Counted from the first letter of the whole stretch, positions 1 through 10,548 are shown. The stretch is 61,279 nt of DNA, filler included, from 3 parts of 3 records of this genome joined end to end with filler, not necessarily neighbours in it, one strand, 5' to 3'. A program made the numbers and translations. Notes: generated from the sequence alone by a model not told the origin.

Positions 1-41
1 CCGTCCTAACATCTTCCAGTCCTTCGTCTTATCGTCCTCCC

Positions 42-491
42 TCACTTCACATCCACCACTTCCATCTCAAAAACAAGAATAGAATTCGCAGGAATATCGT
101 TTAGTTGATGATCGCCGTAGCCCATTTTAGGAGGAGTAATTATAAACGCTTTACCGCCTTTCTTGAGCATTAACAAGACTTCTTTCCAAGCGCCAATCAA
201 TTCATTTACATGATATTCCACAGGTTCTTCGAGTTGCTCATCAAAAACTTTTCCATCCAAAAATGTCCCTTTGTATTTAAACGACACAAGATCGCGGAAT
301 TGAATATTTTCACCTTCGCCTTCTTCAAGAATCGTGTAGTAGACACCGCTTTCTGATCGCGTTGTTTCTAGTTTGTTTTTCTCAATGTAAGCTTGAATTT
401 CCTTATCGAAACCATTGATTTCATCTTCTGAATATGTCGAACAACCAGCTAATAAGGTGAAGCCAACAAAAAGAGCAAGTATATGTTTCAT
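42..491 (-). CDS. FKBP-type peptidyl-prolyl cis-trans isomerase, lipoprotein
   Basis: Lipobox LAGC; FKBP motifs YKGTFLDGKVFD, LIGAWKE, GYG...IPANSILVFEMEV. Confidence 0.92.
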   Translation of the reverse strand: MKHILALFVGFTLLAGCSTYSEDEINGFDKEIQAYIEKNKLETTRSESGVYYTILEEGEGENIQFRDLVSFKYKGTFLDGKVFDEQLEEPVEYHVNELIGAWKEVLLMLKKGGKAFIITPPKMGYGDHQLNDIPANSILVFEMEVVDVK

Positions 492-1366
492 AATTCAACA
501 GGGGTTAAGGTATATCCTTTTTGTTCAAGTAAACGAATTACGCCGTTTGGCCCGCCTAAATGTCCAGCACCAACAGCAATAAACGTTCGTTTCGATTTAA
601 TTAATTCTTCAATCTTTGGAATCCAGCGTTCATTTCGCTGATCTAAAAAAGCATCCTCTTCATCAGAAATAACGCCTTCGTTCGAAGTAATCATCGCATA
701 CAAGGAATCAAGATCTTGTGACACGTACACTGTTTCCATTTGACGCAGGAAATCCATCGATTCATCGCCTTCTCGGATCGTTTCCATGACCAATGACGCT
801 TGTTGCTCACGGGTTAAATTATCGAAAATGGACATTTGTTCTTCCACGGTTTCTAAACCAGTCATTTCTATTTTATTCTCCTTAGCAATTTCTTGAAGCG
901 TCATCTCATAAGATTCCGTTTTTCCGCTTAGTTGCTTTTGAATTCCCATCTGACTGACAACAAAAGGCTTCATTTTCAAAAATGAGATCCGAAAAAGCTT
1001 TTCATTCATTCCTAATTCACTTTCCGCCCAATTTAGAATCGAATCTGTTTGAGCTTCATCAAAGAAATCGAAAAACGTTCCTTCTGGCAAAAGCATTAGT
1101 TTCATGAGCCCATTTTGATCTGAGAAATCGCCCAATTCGGTTGTAAGACGTTTGGATTTCGAGACTATTTTTTCGAGTGATTCAGGAAAGAAAAAATACT
1201 CTTTTTCAATCATGTGCATGGTTCCAAAGAGGTATGATCCCTTTTTTGCTCCATTTCCGCTAACTTCCCAAAGCACTGCTTTTTCTTCCATTGGAAATGG
1301 TCGCGCAGTTTGTCCAAATCCTTGAAAAATAAGTAAAAGGAAAAAGAAAAGAGAATGTATTTTCAT
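488..1366 (-). CDS. TraB/GumN family protein
   Basis: Signal peptide; SYLFGTMH, GLETVEEQ, RNERW and FIAVGAGHLGGPNGVIRLL motifs. Confidence 0.92.
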   Translation of the reverse strand: MKIHSLFFFLLLIFQGFGQTARPFPMEEKAVLWEVSGNGAKKGSYLFGTMHMIEKEYFFFPESLEKIVSKSKRLTTELGDFSDQNGLMKLMLLPEGTFFDFFDEAQTDSILNWAESELGMNEKLFRISFLKMKPFVVSQMGIQKQLSGKTESYEMTLQEIAKENKIEMTGLETVEEQMSIFDNLTREQQASLVMETIREGDESMDFLRQMETVYVSQDLDSLYAMITSNEGVISDEEDAFLDQRNERWIPKIEELIKSKRTFIAVGAGHLGGPNGVIRLLEQKGYTLTPVEL

Positions 1367-1375
1367 TGATTCAAT

Positions 1376-2083
1376 TTATGAAATGAGGGTTAATTTGGCA
1401 AGGAATTGTGTTTCATCCTCTACAAGAATTTCACAATGAAGACCGCATTTTTTTGCTGATTTCTCGAGAGATTCAGCATCAACATATAACCAATTGAACC
1501 AAGGTGTTTCGTGATCTTCATATTTCATTTGAAAGTTGAAATTTCCGTAGTATTCCGTATTTAGATCTACCCACATTCCGCCTTCTTCGTCTTCGTATAA
1601 ATATTTAATATCCGTAGAATCGCAGAGGATTTGTCCACCAGCATTTAGGATGGATTTGGCGTGAATCAACGTTTTATCCAAATTTGCCAGCGATCCAGCA
1701 ATTCCGATTCCGTTCATCATAAATAGTAGAGTGTCGAAGGATTCGTCTTTTAGATCGAAAAAATCCATTTGACGTGCATCGAGCCCAAGTTTTTTAGCAT
1801 ATTCAGTCGCGCCTGCGCTAATGTCAATACAATGAACTTCTTTTCCTTGTTCTTTCAAATAGCGGGCATGAATTCCACTTCCCGAGCCGACGTCCAAAAT
1901 TTTTCCTGCGCAATGAGCAAGAGCAACTTGTTCCATTTTCGGCATTTCTGAATACGAACGGAAGAGGTAATCTACGGGAATAATATCATCTTCACAGAGG
2001 TCGGAAGAAACGATAATGTCTTGCGCTTTACCGTGATTTGCAAAGTCTATGATTGCTTGTCCTAGAGGATCGTTTTTTTGCAT
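1376..2083 (-). CDS. class I SAM-dependent methyltransferase
   Basis: Motif I ILDVGSGSG; FDTLLFMMNGIG. Confidence 0.88.
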   Translation of the reverse strand: MQKNDPLGQAIIDFANHGKAQDIIVSSDLCEDDIIPVDYLFRSYSEMPKMEQVALAHCAGKILDVGSGSGIHARYLKEQGKEVHCIDISAGATEYAKKLGLDARQMDFFDLKDESFDTLLFMMNGIGIAGSLANLDKTLIHAKSILNAGGQILCDSTDIKYLYEDEEGGMWVDLNTEYYGNFNFQMKYEDHETPWFNWLYVDAESLEKSAKKCGLHCEILVEDETQFLAKLTLIS

Positions 2084-2086
2084 GAT

Positions 2087-2614
2087 TTAGTAATCGTCGT
2101 AATCATCCTCGAAATCACCGAAGCCGAATTCATCTTCTTCCTCATCTTCGTCTGATTCTGTTTCAAAACTAAGATCTTCGCCTTCTGCAGATCTTGAAGA
2201 TTCTGACGGGGAATTTCCAACGCTAAGGATCACTTTTGCACGCTCTGGATCTGTCTTTTCAAAACCAATTAATTCGATCAGGAAAATCCACATACGAAGG
2301 AAATCGTGTACGAGAATTATTTTTTGATCTGGTTCTTGAATAAAGTGCTTGATGAGCGAACTATTCATCACGCCAGGCAAAATCTGATCTGGATCTTCTC
2401 CAAATGACATGTCAAAAAGACTTATTTCGTGGCCTTTATCCCAATTATCATTTGAAATGTAGAAAGACGCCATCTGCTCCTCAGAGAACTGATACGCATT
2501 TAGAATTTCTTTATAAAATGTTTCAAAATTCTCTTCGTCTGAAATGAGGATATCTCGAAAAACTTCGGTCTTATCGCTCGAATCGAGGAGTATTCTGAAT
2601 TTTAATCCGGCCAT
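2087..2614 (-). CDS. pRiA4b ORF3-like / IS1096 passenger TnpR-family protein with acidic tail
   Basis: FRILLD...VFRDI, MASFYISNDNW, HDFLRMWIFLIEL pattern; D/E-rich C-terminus. Confidence 0.7.
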   Translation of the reverse strand: MAGLKFRILLDSSDKTEVFRDILISDEENFETFYKEILNAYQFSEEQMASFYISNDNWDKGHEISLFDMSFGEDPDQILPGVMNSSLIKHFIQEPDQKIILVHDFLRMWIFLIELIGFEKTDPERAKVILSVGNSPSESSRSAEGEDLSFETESDEDEEEDEFGFGDFEDDYDDY

Positions 2615-2659
2615 TGATTCTTAATTAAGTATGCAAAAGTATTGAAATAAATTGTGTTA

Positions 2660-4087
2660 TCACAATGATTTACTGGTCGCGGTCAGTCCCATTTCCGTGC
2701 CAATAGTGAGCATGAATGCAAATGCCTCTTCTGGGTTGTTTTGAATGTCACCTTCGAGAATAGCTTCCTTGATTCGCATTTTTATTGTTCCAACTTCTGC
2801 ACAAGGTCTTAAGTTGAAGGTTTTCATAATCGTTTCTCCACTCACTGGAGGTTGGAAATTTCTTATGCGATCTTTTTCTTCTACGGCGAGCAATTTTTCC
2901 TTAACCATCTGGAAGTTATTCTTGTACTTTTTTACTTTGAATTCGTTCTTAGAAGTAATGTCTGCATTACAAAGCGTCATTAAATCATCAACGTCATCGC
3001 CTGCTTCAAACAAGAGTCGTCTCACTGCTGAATCCGAAACAAAACCTTTTACGAGTGCAATCGGACGAAGGTGAAGGCGAACTAGTTTTTGAACATACTT
3101 CATTTTTGCATCCAAGGGAAGTTTCAAACGCGCGAATATTTTTGGAACCATTCTCGATCCCAAGTCTTCATGCCCGTGAAATGTCCAACCAACACGCTCA
3201 TCAAAGCGTTTCGTCGGAGGCTTGGCAATATCGTGCATGATCGCAGCCCATCTCAACCATAAATCAGTTGTGTTTTCGGAAATATTATCCAAGACTTCTA
3301 ATGTATGATAAAAATTGTCCTTATGAGATTTTCCTTTTCGTGTGTCAACGCCATAAAGCGCAACCATTTCTGGGAAGAATTCATGCAGAAGTTTTGTAGA
3401 ATACAACAATTTGAAACCTCTCGAAGGAGTGTCGCTGAGGATTATTTTATTCAATTCGTCACTAATGCGTTCCCGAGAAATAATTTCCAAGCGACTTGCA
3501 TTATTTGCGATGGACTCTAAACTTTTTCGTTCAATCTTAAAATTGAGCTGCGAAGCAAATCGAATTGCGCGCATCATTCTAAGCGGATCGTCACTATATG
3601 TCGTGTCTGGATCGAGTGGGGTACGAATCACTTCGTTTTCAAGATCCGCTAATCCGTCAAAAGGATCAATGAGTTCTCCGAAATTGTCTTTGTGGAGACT
3701 TATTGCCAAGGCATTTATGGTAAAATCACGGCGATTTTGATCATCCGCAAGGGTTCCGTTCTCAACAATTGGTTTTCGCGAGTCGCGACGATATGATTCT
3801 TTCCGTGCTCCAACAAACTCTACTTCGAGATCTTTGTACTTGAATTGAGCCGTTCCAAAATTTTCAAATAGGGATACTTTCTTGACGCGCAGTTTTTCTG
3901 CACATGCTTTCGCAAGATCCATTCCGTTTCCAATGACTACAATGTCTATATCCTTTGAAGGACGTTCGAGCAATAAGTCACGTACGAAGCCACCAATTAC
4001 ATAAGCTTCCAAGTTAAGTTCTGTGACAACTTGACAAGCGACTTTGAAAACGGGATGGGTAAGATGCTGACTTAAATTTGTACTCAT
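2660..4087 (-). CDS. cca: CCA tRNA nucleotidyltransferase with HD domain
   Basis: GGFVRDLLL, DIDIV, RRDFTINAL, DDPLRMMRAIRF and MHDIAKP motifs. Confidence 0.93.
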   Translation of the reverse strand: MSTNLSQHLTHPVFKVACQVVTELNLEAYVIGGFVRDLLLERPSKDIDIVVIGNGMDLAKACAEKLRVKKVSLFENFGTAQFKYKDLEVEFVGARKESYRRDSRKPIVENGTLADDQNRRDFTINALAISLHKDNFGELIDPFDGLADLENEVIRTPLDPDTTYSDDPLRMMRAIRFASQLNFKIERKSLESIANNASRLEIISRERISDELNKIILSDTPSRGFKLLYSTKLLHEFFPEMVALYGVDTRKGKSHKDNFYHTLEVLDNISENTTDLWLRWAAIMHDIAKPPTKRFDERVGWTFHGHEDLGSRMVPKIFARLKLPLDAKMKYVQKLVRLHLRPIALVKGFVSDSAVRRLLFEAGDDVDDLMTLCNADITSKNEFKVKKYKNNFQMVKEKLLAVEEKDRIRNFQPPVSGETIMKTFNLRPCAEVGTIKMRIKEAILEGDIQNNPEEAFAFMLTIGTEMGLTATSKSL

Positions 4088-4134
4088 AGCGACGGCAAAG
4101 ATAGGGATTCTTTGTTTATTAAGGTCGATTTGTT

Positions 4135-4285
4135 GTTGTCACGGATTAAAAATCCACGCCAACCAATCTACAACCGCACCACCATATAAAGTTGTCGCGG
4201 AAAAGGAATAAAGTTATCAGGGAAAAGTAACAAGGTTATCGCGAAAAGGGAATAAAGTTATCGCGGATTTCTAATCCGTGATAAC
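4135..4285. repeat. two REP-like hairpins flanking three to four tandem 22-bp units
   Basis: Hairpins gttgtcacggatt-aaa-aatccacgccaac (4135-4163, imperfect) and gttatcgcggatt-tct-aatccgtgataac (4257-4285); tandem units taaagttgtcgcggaaaaggaa (4187), taaagttatcagggaaaagtaa (4209), caaggttatcgcgaaaagggaa (4231), and a fourth unit running into the second hairpin. Confidence 0.8.
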
Positions 4286-4298
4286 TCCAAAAACACGA

Positions 4299-5183
4299 TC
4301 AATCGTCAGTATCCACGTTTCTCTCAACGTATCGAATAATCGCTTTAGCGATATCTTTTCCTGTTGCACCTTCAATTCCTTCCAGTCCAGGTGAAGAGTT
4401 AACCTCCATAATTAACGGTCCACGCGAAGATTGAAGCATATCAACTCCAGCAATTCCAAGCTTGAGAGCGTTTGCAGCTTTTAGTGCAGCATTTTCTTCC
4501 TGTTCAGTCAATTCAATTATCGTTGCGCTACCTCCACGATGCAAGTTCGAGCGAAATTCACCTTCTTTTGCTTGTCGTTTCATTGCTCCGACAATCACGC
4601 CATCTACAACAAACGCACGAATGTCTGCTCCTTTCGATTCTTCGATAAATTCTTGAACCATTACTCTCGCTTGGAGTCCTTGAAATGCCTCTAGTACAGA
4701 CTCAGCCGCACTTTGGGTATCAGCCAATAAAACACCATTCCCTTGCGTTCCTTCCAAAAGTTTGATGATACACGGAGCGCCACCTACTTGAGATATAATC
4801 CGACTTGCTTCTTTTGAAAAGTTCGTAAAAGCAGTTTTCGGCATTCCAAGTCCTGCTCTCGATAGAATCTGTAAAGCACGCAGTTTATCACGTGAACGAA
4901 CTAGCGCTTGAGATTCGATAGCAGAGAACACTTTCATCATTTCGAATTGTCGAACAACTGCGGTTCCGTAGAATGTAACTGATGCACCGATTCTAGGGAT
5001 CACGGCATCAATGTTCTTCAATTCTTCACCTTTATAGAACACTTTTGGTTTGCGTCGTTCAATCACGATATCGCATTTTGTGTGATCTACAATCAACATT
5101 TCATGATTGCGCTGCTCACCAGCTTCTTTCAAGCGTAGAGTAGAATAAAGTTTTGGATTCCGTGAGAGAATAATAATTTTCAT
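4299..5183 (-). CDS. rimK: ribosomal protein S6 glutamate ligase RimK (ATP-grasp)
   Basis: [47 protein letters not shown] start at 5183 preferred. Confidence 0.96.
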   Translation of the reverse strand: MKIIILSRNPKLYSTLRLKEAGEQRNHEMLIVDHTKCDIVIERRKPKVFYKGEELKNIDAVIPRIGASVTFYGTAVVRQFEMMKVFSAIESQALVRSRDKLRALQILSRAGLGMPKTAFTNFSKEASRIISQVGGAPCIIKLLEGTQGNGVLLADTQSAAESVLEAFQGLQARVMVQEFIEESKGADIRAFVVDGVIVGAMKRQAKEGEFRSNLHRGGSATIIELTEQEENAALKAANALKLGIAGVDMLQSSRGPLIMEVNSSPGLEGIEGATGKDIAKAIIRYVERNVDTDD

Positions 5184-5196
5184 TAGCAACTAATAA

Positions 5197-5607
5197 CTAT
5201 AACTGTATTGATTTTGAGACATCTACTAAGAATTTCCCTCGAAGGAATCTTCGGCCTAAAAGTACGGGGAATTTCATGTCTTTTCTATTTGTCAATGTTA
5301 ATAAAATGTCAAATTCAGTACCTTGAATGTCCATTTGAGTGCGAATCATAATTCGTTCCTCGTGAAAACCATTCGAACTTTTCACTTTTACCTCTTTAAC
5401 TATGTCGAAGGATTCTACCTCCCCTGTATAGGCGGGATGCGACGGGTCTAAGAATATACAACCGACCTGACCATTCTCCAATTTTTCAATTTTTGAACAA
5501 TGAATGGCAGAAGTGTACGCACCGGTATCCACCTTTGCAGCTATTTCTTTTAACGAAACGTGGTGTAAATGAACAATTTCATGTCTACCAATAATCGACT
5601 TTTCCAT
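5197..5607 (-). CDS. RimK-associated retropepsin-like protease (RimB-like)
   Basis: AKVDTGAYTSAIH, VKSSNG, LTNRKDMKFPVLLGRRFL; directly upstream of rimK. Confidence 0.9.
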   Translation of the reverse strand: MEKSIIGRHEIVHLHHVSLKEIAAKVDTGAYTSAIHCSKIEKLENGQVGCIFLDPSHPAYTGEVESFDIVKEVKVKSSNGFHEERIMIRTQMDIQGTEFDILLTLTNRKDMKFPVLLGRRFLRGKFLVDVSKSIQL

Positions 5608-5703
5608 AGATTTTTGAATTTCGAGGGTGCGAAACTACTTAAAATAAACTAAAGACTCGTTTTTGATCATATCAGCGAATTAAATTCGGAGAATCTATTT
5701 TTT

Positions 5704-6456
5704 TTAGAGTGTCTTTATCGAAAAATCATCCACGTAAACCACAACGGGATTCTGGTATGAATTTGCTGTGGCGCCAATTTCAATACTAGTGTACATTCCT
5801 TTTGTTCCCTGAAGATTATAGATACGATCGCTCGGTAAACTTCTGAAATTTGTTCGCTCAATAATGAGTTGATCGTTTTGATACACTTTCGCCCAGCCTT
5901 TTTTACGTTTATCGAGTTTTACTTCAAAAGTTAGTTTGAACCATTCATTTCTGGGAACTTGAATACCACTTTCTTCAGATTGGGTGGTATTGTCCGCTAG
6001 ATACTTACTATTCAAGAGAATTTTATTGTTCAATATAGCAAGTCTTAACCCAGGCCCAGCTCCGATAGCTGTCTGCTCTTCTAAGTCCATTAAAAAGAGC
6101 CAATCTAAATTTGCATTTCCTTCGATGTAATACCAAGCACTCGTGACAACGGTTTCGCCTTCATAGAAAGCCATTTTCTGCTTAACGAGGCTGCACTTAC
6201 TCAATAATTCATCTGTACTGATTTCTGCATTGAACCGCAGACATTTTGCGCCAGAGTGAGCGAAAGTATCGACAACAGAAATAAGTGAATTTGACTTTGT
6301 TATTTGTGAGAAATTCCATCCATTTTCTGTAGAGAATAAACCATCGAAATTTGAAGTGTTTTCAAAGCCATCTTCATAGCTGTTTGGACCTGCAAATTTC
6401 TTTTTGAAGCAAGATGTGAGTGCGAATGCGATAAAAATCACCAAGATTGTTTTCAT
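5704..6456 (-). CDS. lipoprotein, polysaccharide-lyase-like beta-jelly-roll domain
   Basis: Start moved to MKTILVIFIAFALTSC (lipobox); VPRNEWFKL, GWAKVYQNDQL, VYVDDFSI typical of ConA/lyase folds. Confidence 0.6.
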   Translation of the reverse strand: MKTILVIFIAFALTSCFKKKFAGPNSYEDGFENTSNFDGLFSTENGWNFSQITKSNSLISVVDTFAHSGAKCLRFNAEISTDELLSKCSLVKQKMAFYEGETVVTSAWYYIEGNANLDWLFLMDLEEQTAIGAGPGLRLAILNNKILLNSKYLADNTTQSEESGIQVPRNEWFKLTFEVKLDKRKKGWAKVYQNDQLIIERTNFRSLPSDRIYNLQGTKGMYTSIEIGATANSYQNPVVVYVDDFSIKTL

Positions 6457-6457
6457 A

Positions 6458-6997
6458 TTAACGCCATTTAAAGTGATAACCAACAGTTGCGCCAGCCCAA
6501 TGTTCATATTGAAAATCCAATAGAAATGAAACCAATGGGGTATAAGAAACGCGATAGTACAAACGTTTATTCCAATGCTCAAATCGATAACCGATACCAA
6601 GTGGTGCGCGTACGAACCAGTTTAAGTGAGTGGTGAACGAAGGAGCAATTCCTGCTGATAAATCTAAATAGTGCTTTTTCTTTCCGTAGATGAAATGTGT
6701 CAACAGTGGGAAGATAAGAATGGCTCCGTTGTTTTTATCAATGTACGAACCGCCGATTCCAACGCGATACATCCAACGATGATTTTCCGTACGTGCGAAC
6801 TGACTTTCATAATTGATTGACCCCAAGCCTCCTGCACCGAGAAATTCAATGTTTAGTGAATGACGTTTAGGATGATGATTCGGAAACATGAGGTAACTTG
6901 AATGGTCTGAACTACCAATTGAGTTGACTTGCCCGAAAAAGCTTGGAACGAATGAAAAAATCATCGCGAGCAGCAAAGAGTCTTTGGCTTTTTTCAT
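6458..6997 (-). CDS. outer-membrane beta-barrel protein
   Basis: Signal peptide; EFLGAGGLGSINYE, alternating aromatic strands, C-terminal GATVGYHF. Confidence 0.7.
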   Translation of the reverse strand: MKKAKDSLLLAMIFSFVPSFFGQVNSIGSSDHSSYLMFPNHHPKRHSLNIEFLGAGGLGSINYESQFARTENHRWMYRVGIGGSYIDKNNGAILIFPLLTHFIYGKKKHYLDLSAGIAPSFTTHLNWFVRAPLGIGYRFEHWNKRLYYRVSYTPLVSFLLDFQYEHWAGATVGYHFKWR

Positions 6998-7049
6998 ATT
7001 TGAAAGTTAGTGAACTAATTGATAATAGGCACTTTCGGTATTTACGAGC

Positions 7050-9335
7050 TTAAAAGAGCAACGATGCTCGATACAATTTCAATTCTTCCCAAGAGAACAA
7101 TTCACCTACTTTTTCCTTTAACGGAGTGAGTGATTCGCCTTCGAAGTCATCAAAAACATCGCTCAATTCATTAATTCGTTTTGCAGGCATTACGTCGCGA
7201 AGCTCAATTTTCTCGGATTTAATCAGTCGTTCACAATGATTGTAAATGGTGCTTTCTCCGAGTTGTCTCTCCTGTGCGATTGATTCGATGCTGAGTCCGT
7301 CTCGAATCATTTCTAATGTACGCTCGTAAGTAGTGAGTTTCTTTTCTTTTTTCTCTTTCTTTTTGGTCGTTTTCGTTTTGAGTTGAATGAAATCGGTATC
7401 GAAGTCGAAACTAGAGTTACTGGCTCTCATTTCTTGCTTAACCAAGGCGACTTTGGCGATTTTATATTTTTGAATTTCTTCTGACCACAATTGATCCTTC
7501 GCGAAGGAAATTCCTTGCGCTGCAGATTCTATGAGTCTTTTTCCTCGTTTTAGCCGAAGAATCGCCTCCGTTGTGAGTTCATCTAATTCCTCGAGTTCGG
7601 AATTATATTGTGTAGTATTTCTTTGTTGCTGCAATTCGGCCATCTTTCGAAGGTTTGAGTGCAATACATTATCGAATGATTTGAAGAAATAATCATAAGC
7701 GGCATTCGTTCGTTCAACGACATGGTTAAGATCGACTTTTTGTCCATTGAACAGTTTATTCAACTGATTTCGAAACTTTCTTGAAGCGTCGATCATCCCA
7801 CTCAAAATTTGAACTTGTTGCGTTATCCAAGTTCGGTTTTTTCCTTTCTGAGATTTTGAACCGTGATCTTTATACGTGACTTCATGGCTTTTCCATTTAT
7901 CCATTAGGTCAACCCAATCAAATGCTCTGACTAGCGTTTGATTCAAGTATTTGTTCGTTTCATCTTGAAGTGCGGTTCCTAAATCGGGCAATTCATTTTT
8001 GGACGTCGCATAATCGGCAACATCTTCACTGATATGCAATCCATTCTGACGAATTGGATTCAGTAAAACGAGTCCGTCCAGCGAACGCAAACGAGAAAGA
8101 GCAACATACGATTGTCCCGGAGCAAATACTTTTGAAACATCGATGACTGCTTTCTCAAAGGTGAGTCCTTGACTTTTATGAACTGTAATCGCCCATGCCA
8201 ACTTTAACGGAAAATGAACAAATGTCCCGAGTGTTTTTTGCTCAACTTCGCTCGTAGCGGGATTCAGCGTGTATTGGATATTCTCCCATTCGTAGCGATC
8301 AACGGAAATGGTCTTTTTTTCCTTTGCGAAGCGGACTTTTATTTCATCTTCATCGAGGGAAACAATTTGCCCCATTTTCCCATTGTAGAAATTCTTTTCG
8401 TAGGAAATATCATTCTTGATAAACATGACTTGGGCGCCAATCTTTAATTCTAATGAAGCATCAATAGGCGAGAGGTAGTCGGGGAAATTCCCTTTAACTT
8501 CGGCTTCAAAAAAGACGGACTTTCCTTCCAGTCTATTCAACGCATTTTGATTGATGCGATCTGCATCCGCGTTGTGCGTAGTTAACGTAATGTATTCTTC
8601 GTGATCTTCAGGTTTGAAATCCTTTTTCACGTGGCTATTGAGTACTTCAATATCTGAGGCGGTAATTTTGTTTTCTCTTAAGTTGTTGAGAATCTCCAAG
8701 AAGGTTTCGTCCGATTGTCGATACACTTTCTGCAATTCTAAATAAATAGGATCTGCTTGTTGCACCGAATGTGCATGAAAGAAAAACATTCCTTGGTAGT
8801 AGTTCCGCAAATAGTTCCATTCTTCTGGCTTTACTACAGGTGGAAGTTGCATTAAATCGCCAATAAATAAAACCTGAACTCCGCCGTAAGGTTCATTGAT
8901 TTTTCGAACGTTTCGGAGCGACCAGTCGATTGCGTCCAAAAGATCACAACGCAGCATACTTACTTCGTCAATGATTAGCAACTCCAGGTTCCGAATTAGT
9001 GTTCGTCGCGTGCTATTCATTTTAAAATGTCGGAGCAGAGTAGACTTTGATTCTAGCTTTACCTGACCAGAAAATGTTGGTTCCGCATTAAAATCAGGGA
9101 GAAATCCGCCAAACGGAAGTTGAAAGAAGGAGTGAATTGTTACACCACCAGCATTCAGTGCTGCAATTCCAGTTGGAGCAACAATCACCGTTTGTTTGTG
9201 TGTCGATTCAACAATCTTCCGAAGTAAGGTCGTTTTACCCGTTCCCGCTTTTCCAGTTAAGAAAATGCTTCTGCTCGTTTGGTTGATAAATCGCTCGGTA
9301 AAATCGGCTATTTCTGTGGTACTTTTTTCTGACAT
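7050..9335 (-). CDS. Pif1/RecD-like SF1B helicase with C-terminal helix-turn-helix
   Basis: GKAGTGKT, APTGIAA, IIDEVSM, GDLMQLPPV, WAITVHKSQG, YVALSRLRSL; C-terminal SIESIAQERQLGESTIYNH. Confidence 0.92.
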   Translation of the reverse strand: MSEKSTTEIADFTERFINQTSRSIFLTGKAGTGKTTLLRKIVESTHKQTVIVAPTGIAALNAGGVTIHSFFQLPFGGFLPDFNAEPTFSGQVKLESKSTLLRHFKMNSTRRTLIRNLELLIIDEVSMLRCDLLDAIDWSLRNVRKINEPYGGVQVLFIGDLMQLPPVVKPEEWNYLRNYYQGMFFFHAHSVQQADPIYLELQKVYRQSDETFLEILNNLRENKITASDIEVLNSHVKKDFKPEDHEEYITLTTHNADADRINQNALNRLEGKSVFFEAEVKGNFPDYLSPIDASLELKIGAQVMFIKNDISYEKNFYNGKMGQIVSLDEDEIKVRFAKEKKTISVDRYEWENIQYTLNPATSEVEQKTLGTFVHFPLKLAWAITVHKSQGLTFEKAVIDVSKVFAPGQSYVALSRLRSLDGLVLLNPIRQNGLHISEDVADYATSKNELPDLGTALQDETNKYLNQTLVRAFDWVDLMDKWKSHEVTYKDHGSKSQKGKNRTWITQQVQILSGMIDASRKFRNQLNKLFNGQKVDLNHVVERTNAAYDYFFKSFDNVLHSNLRKMAELQQQRNTTQYNSELEELDELTTEAILRLKRGKRLIESAAQGISFAKDQLWSEEIQKYKIAKVALVKQEMRASNSSFDFDTDFIQLKTKTTKKKEKKEKKLTTYERTLEMIRDGLSIESIAQERQLGESTIYNHCERLIKSEKIELRDVMPAKRINELSDVFDDFEGESLTPLKEKVGELFSWEELKLYRASLLF

Positions 9336-9388
9336 CTTATTTAAGTTAGTCAAAAAGTTGATTTCTGAGTGTCAATCTTGAAAAAAAA

Positions 9389-9826
9389 TCAGACATCTAA
9401 TAATCTTCTAAAATAAGAGATTTGACCAAGGTGATAATTCAAATGTCCGGAGAGGTGCAGAATGAAAAAATCAACTGTCATTGGCTCGCCAAACACCTGA
9501 ATTGGATATTCCGACTCAAAGTCTGACGAGGTTAAATTGGCGAAAGTTTGAGATAACGTTTGTTTGGTTCGGTCTATTTCCTCTAGGATTTCGACTAAAG
9601 AAAGTTTTCCTTCAAATTCAAATGGCCGATTTCGAATGTAATCCGTTTTTCCCAAAATATGCCCCACAAAATGTTGCAGGTTTCCGCAAAGATGTAGGGC
9701 AAGATTTCCAGCCGAGTTATTTACTTGACCTTCGAGTTTCCAAAGGTTTTCTTCGTTTGAAAATGCACTTAGTTCGGACTTGAGTCGATCTAAATCGCGC
9801 TGAAAAAGTTTGTCGTAATTCGTCAT
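9389..9826 (-). CDS. DinB/DUF1572 family protein
   Basis: NSAGNLALHLCGNLQH and HLNYHLGQI; start MTNYDK overlaps upstream stop (TAATG). Confidence 0.85.
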   Translation of the reverse strand: MTNYDKLFQRDLDRLKSELSAFSNEENLWKLEGQVNNSAGNLALHLCGNLQHFVGHILGKTDYIRNRPFEFEGKLSLVEILEEIDRTKQTLSQTFANLTSSDFESEYPIQVFGEPMTVDFFILHLSGHLNYHLGQISYFRRLLDV

Positions 9827-10548
9827 TATTGTTCTTTTTTTGGAAGAAGGTCGCAAAACCAAAATCCTACTGTTTTCGATTCATCTTCGGAGGCATTCGG
9901 ACGTGGATATTCACGTTTTATGATTTCGCCGAGTTCAAATTGTATGGGCTTAGCGAAAATCGGACCGTCGAAGCAAAAAGTGTGAAATTCGCCATTTTCT
10001 CCACAGGGATCAACATTTTCGGGAAGTTCATTGATGAAATCTTGGTTAATTTCTCTTCCGACCCAAGATTCGCCAAGAAGTTCGTCATTACAACAGACGA
10101 CAATTGAGCGAAAACCAGCTTGAATAAAATGCTGTAATAAATCGGTTGTATTCTGCTTCCAAAGTGGGAAATGTGCATGAATTCCAATCTCAGAGAGTTT
10201 ATCTTCTCTGTACTTCCTTAAATCTTCCAAGAAAATATCGCCAAAAGCTGTGTCGGTGAATCCTTGTTTCTTTAATTCAGCCATTTTAGTACCGATGATC
10301 GCTTCGTATTCTTCCATCGATGGTTCGGCTGGAAGTTCTAGCGTAGAATAGGGAATGTTAATTGAATTTAATTGTTCAAAAAGGAGTTCTCTTCGCACAC
10401 CGTGCATGCTCACGCGGTCGAAATGCGTATTCATTGAGGTCAACATGTGTTCGACAGAAAAGTCATCGTTTTGAAGTAAGCGATGTAATGCCATGGCAGA
10501 ATCTTTGCCTGAACTCCAGTTGAAATAGGTTTTTTTTACTTCGCTCAT
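9826..10548 (-). CDS. diphthine-ammonia ligase-like PP-loop ATP-binding protein
   Basis: NWSSGKDS, FGDIFLEDLR, DPCGENGEFHTFCFDGP. Confidence 0.9.
   Translation of the reverse strand: MSEVKKTYFNWSSGKDSAMALHRLLQNDDFSVEHMLTSMNTHFDRVSMHGVRRELLFEQLNSINIPYSTLELPAEPSMEEYEAIIGTKMAELKKQGFTDTAFGDIFLEDLRKYREDKLSEIGIHAHFPLWKQNTTDLLQHFIQAGFRSIVVCCNDELLGESWVGREINQDFINELPENVDPCGENGEFHTFCFDGPIFAKPIQFELGEIIKREYPRPNASEDESKTVGFWFCDLLPKKEQ

Noticed and set aside
2087-2614. pRiA4b/IS1096-passenger-like gene as evidence of a mobile element
   Set aside because: Embedded in a housekeeping run with cca; no transposase or terminal repeats
4187-4274. Tandem 22-bp repeats as a CRISPR array
   Set aside because: Units are contiguous with no unique spacers, and no cas genes are present
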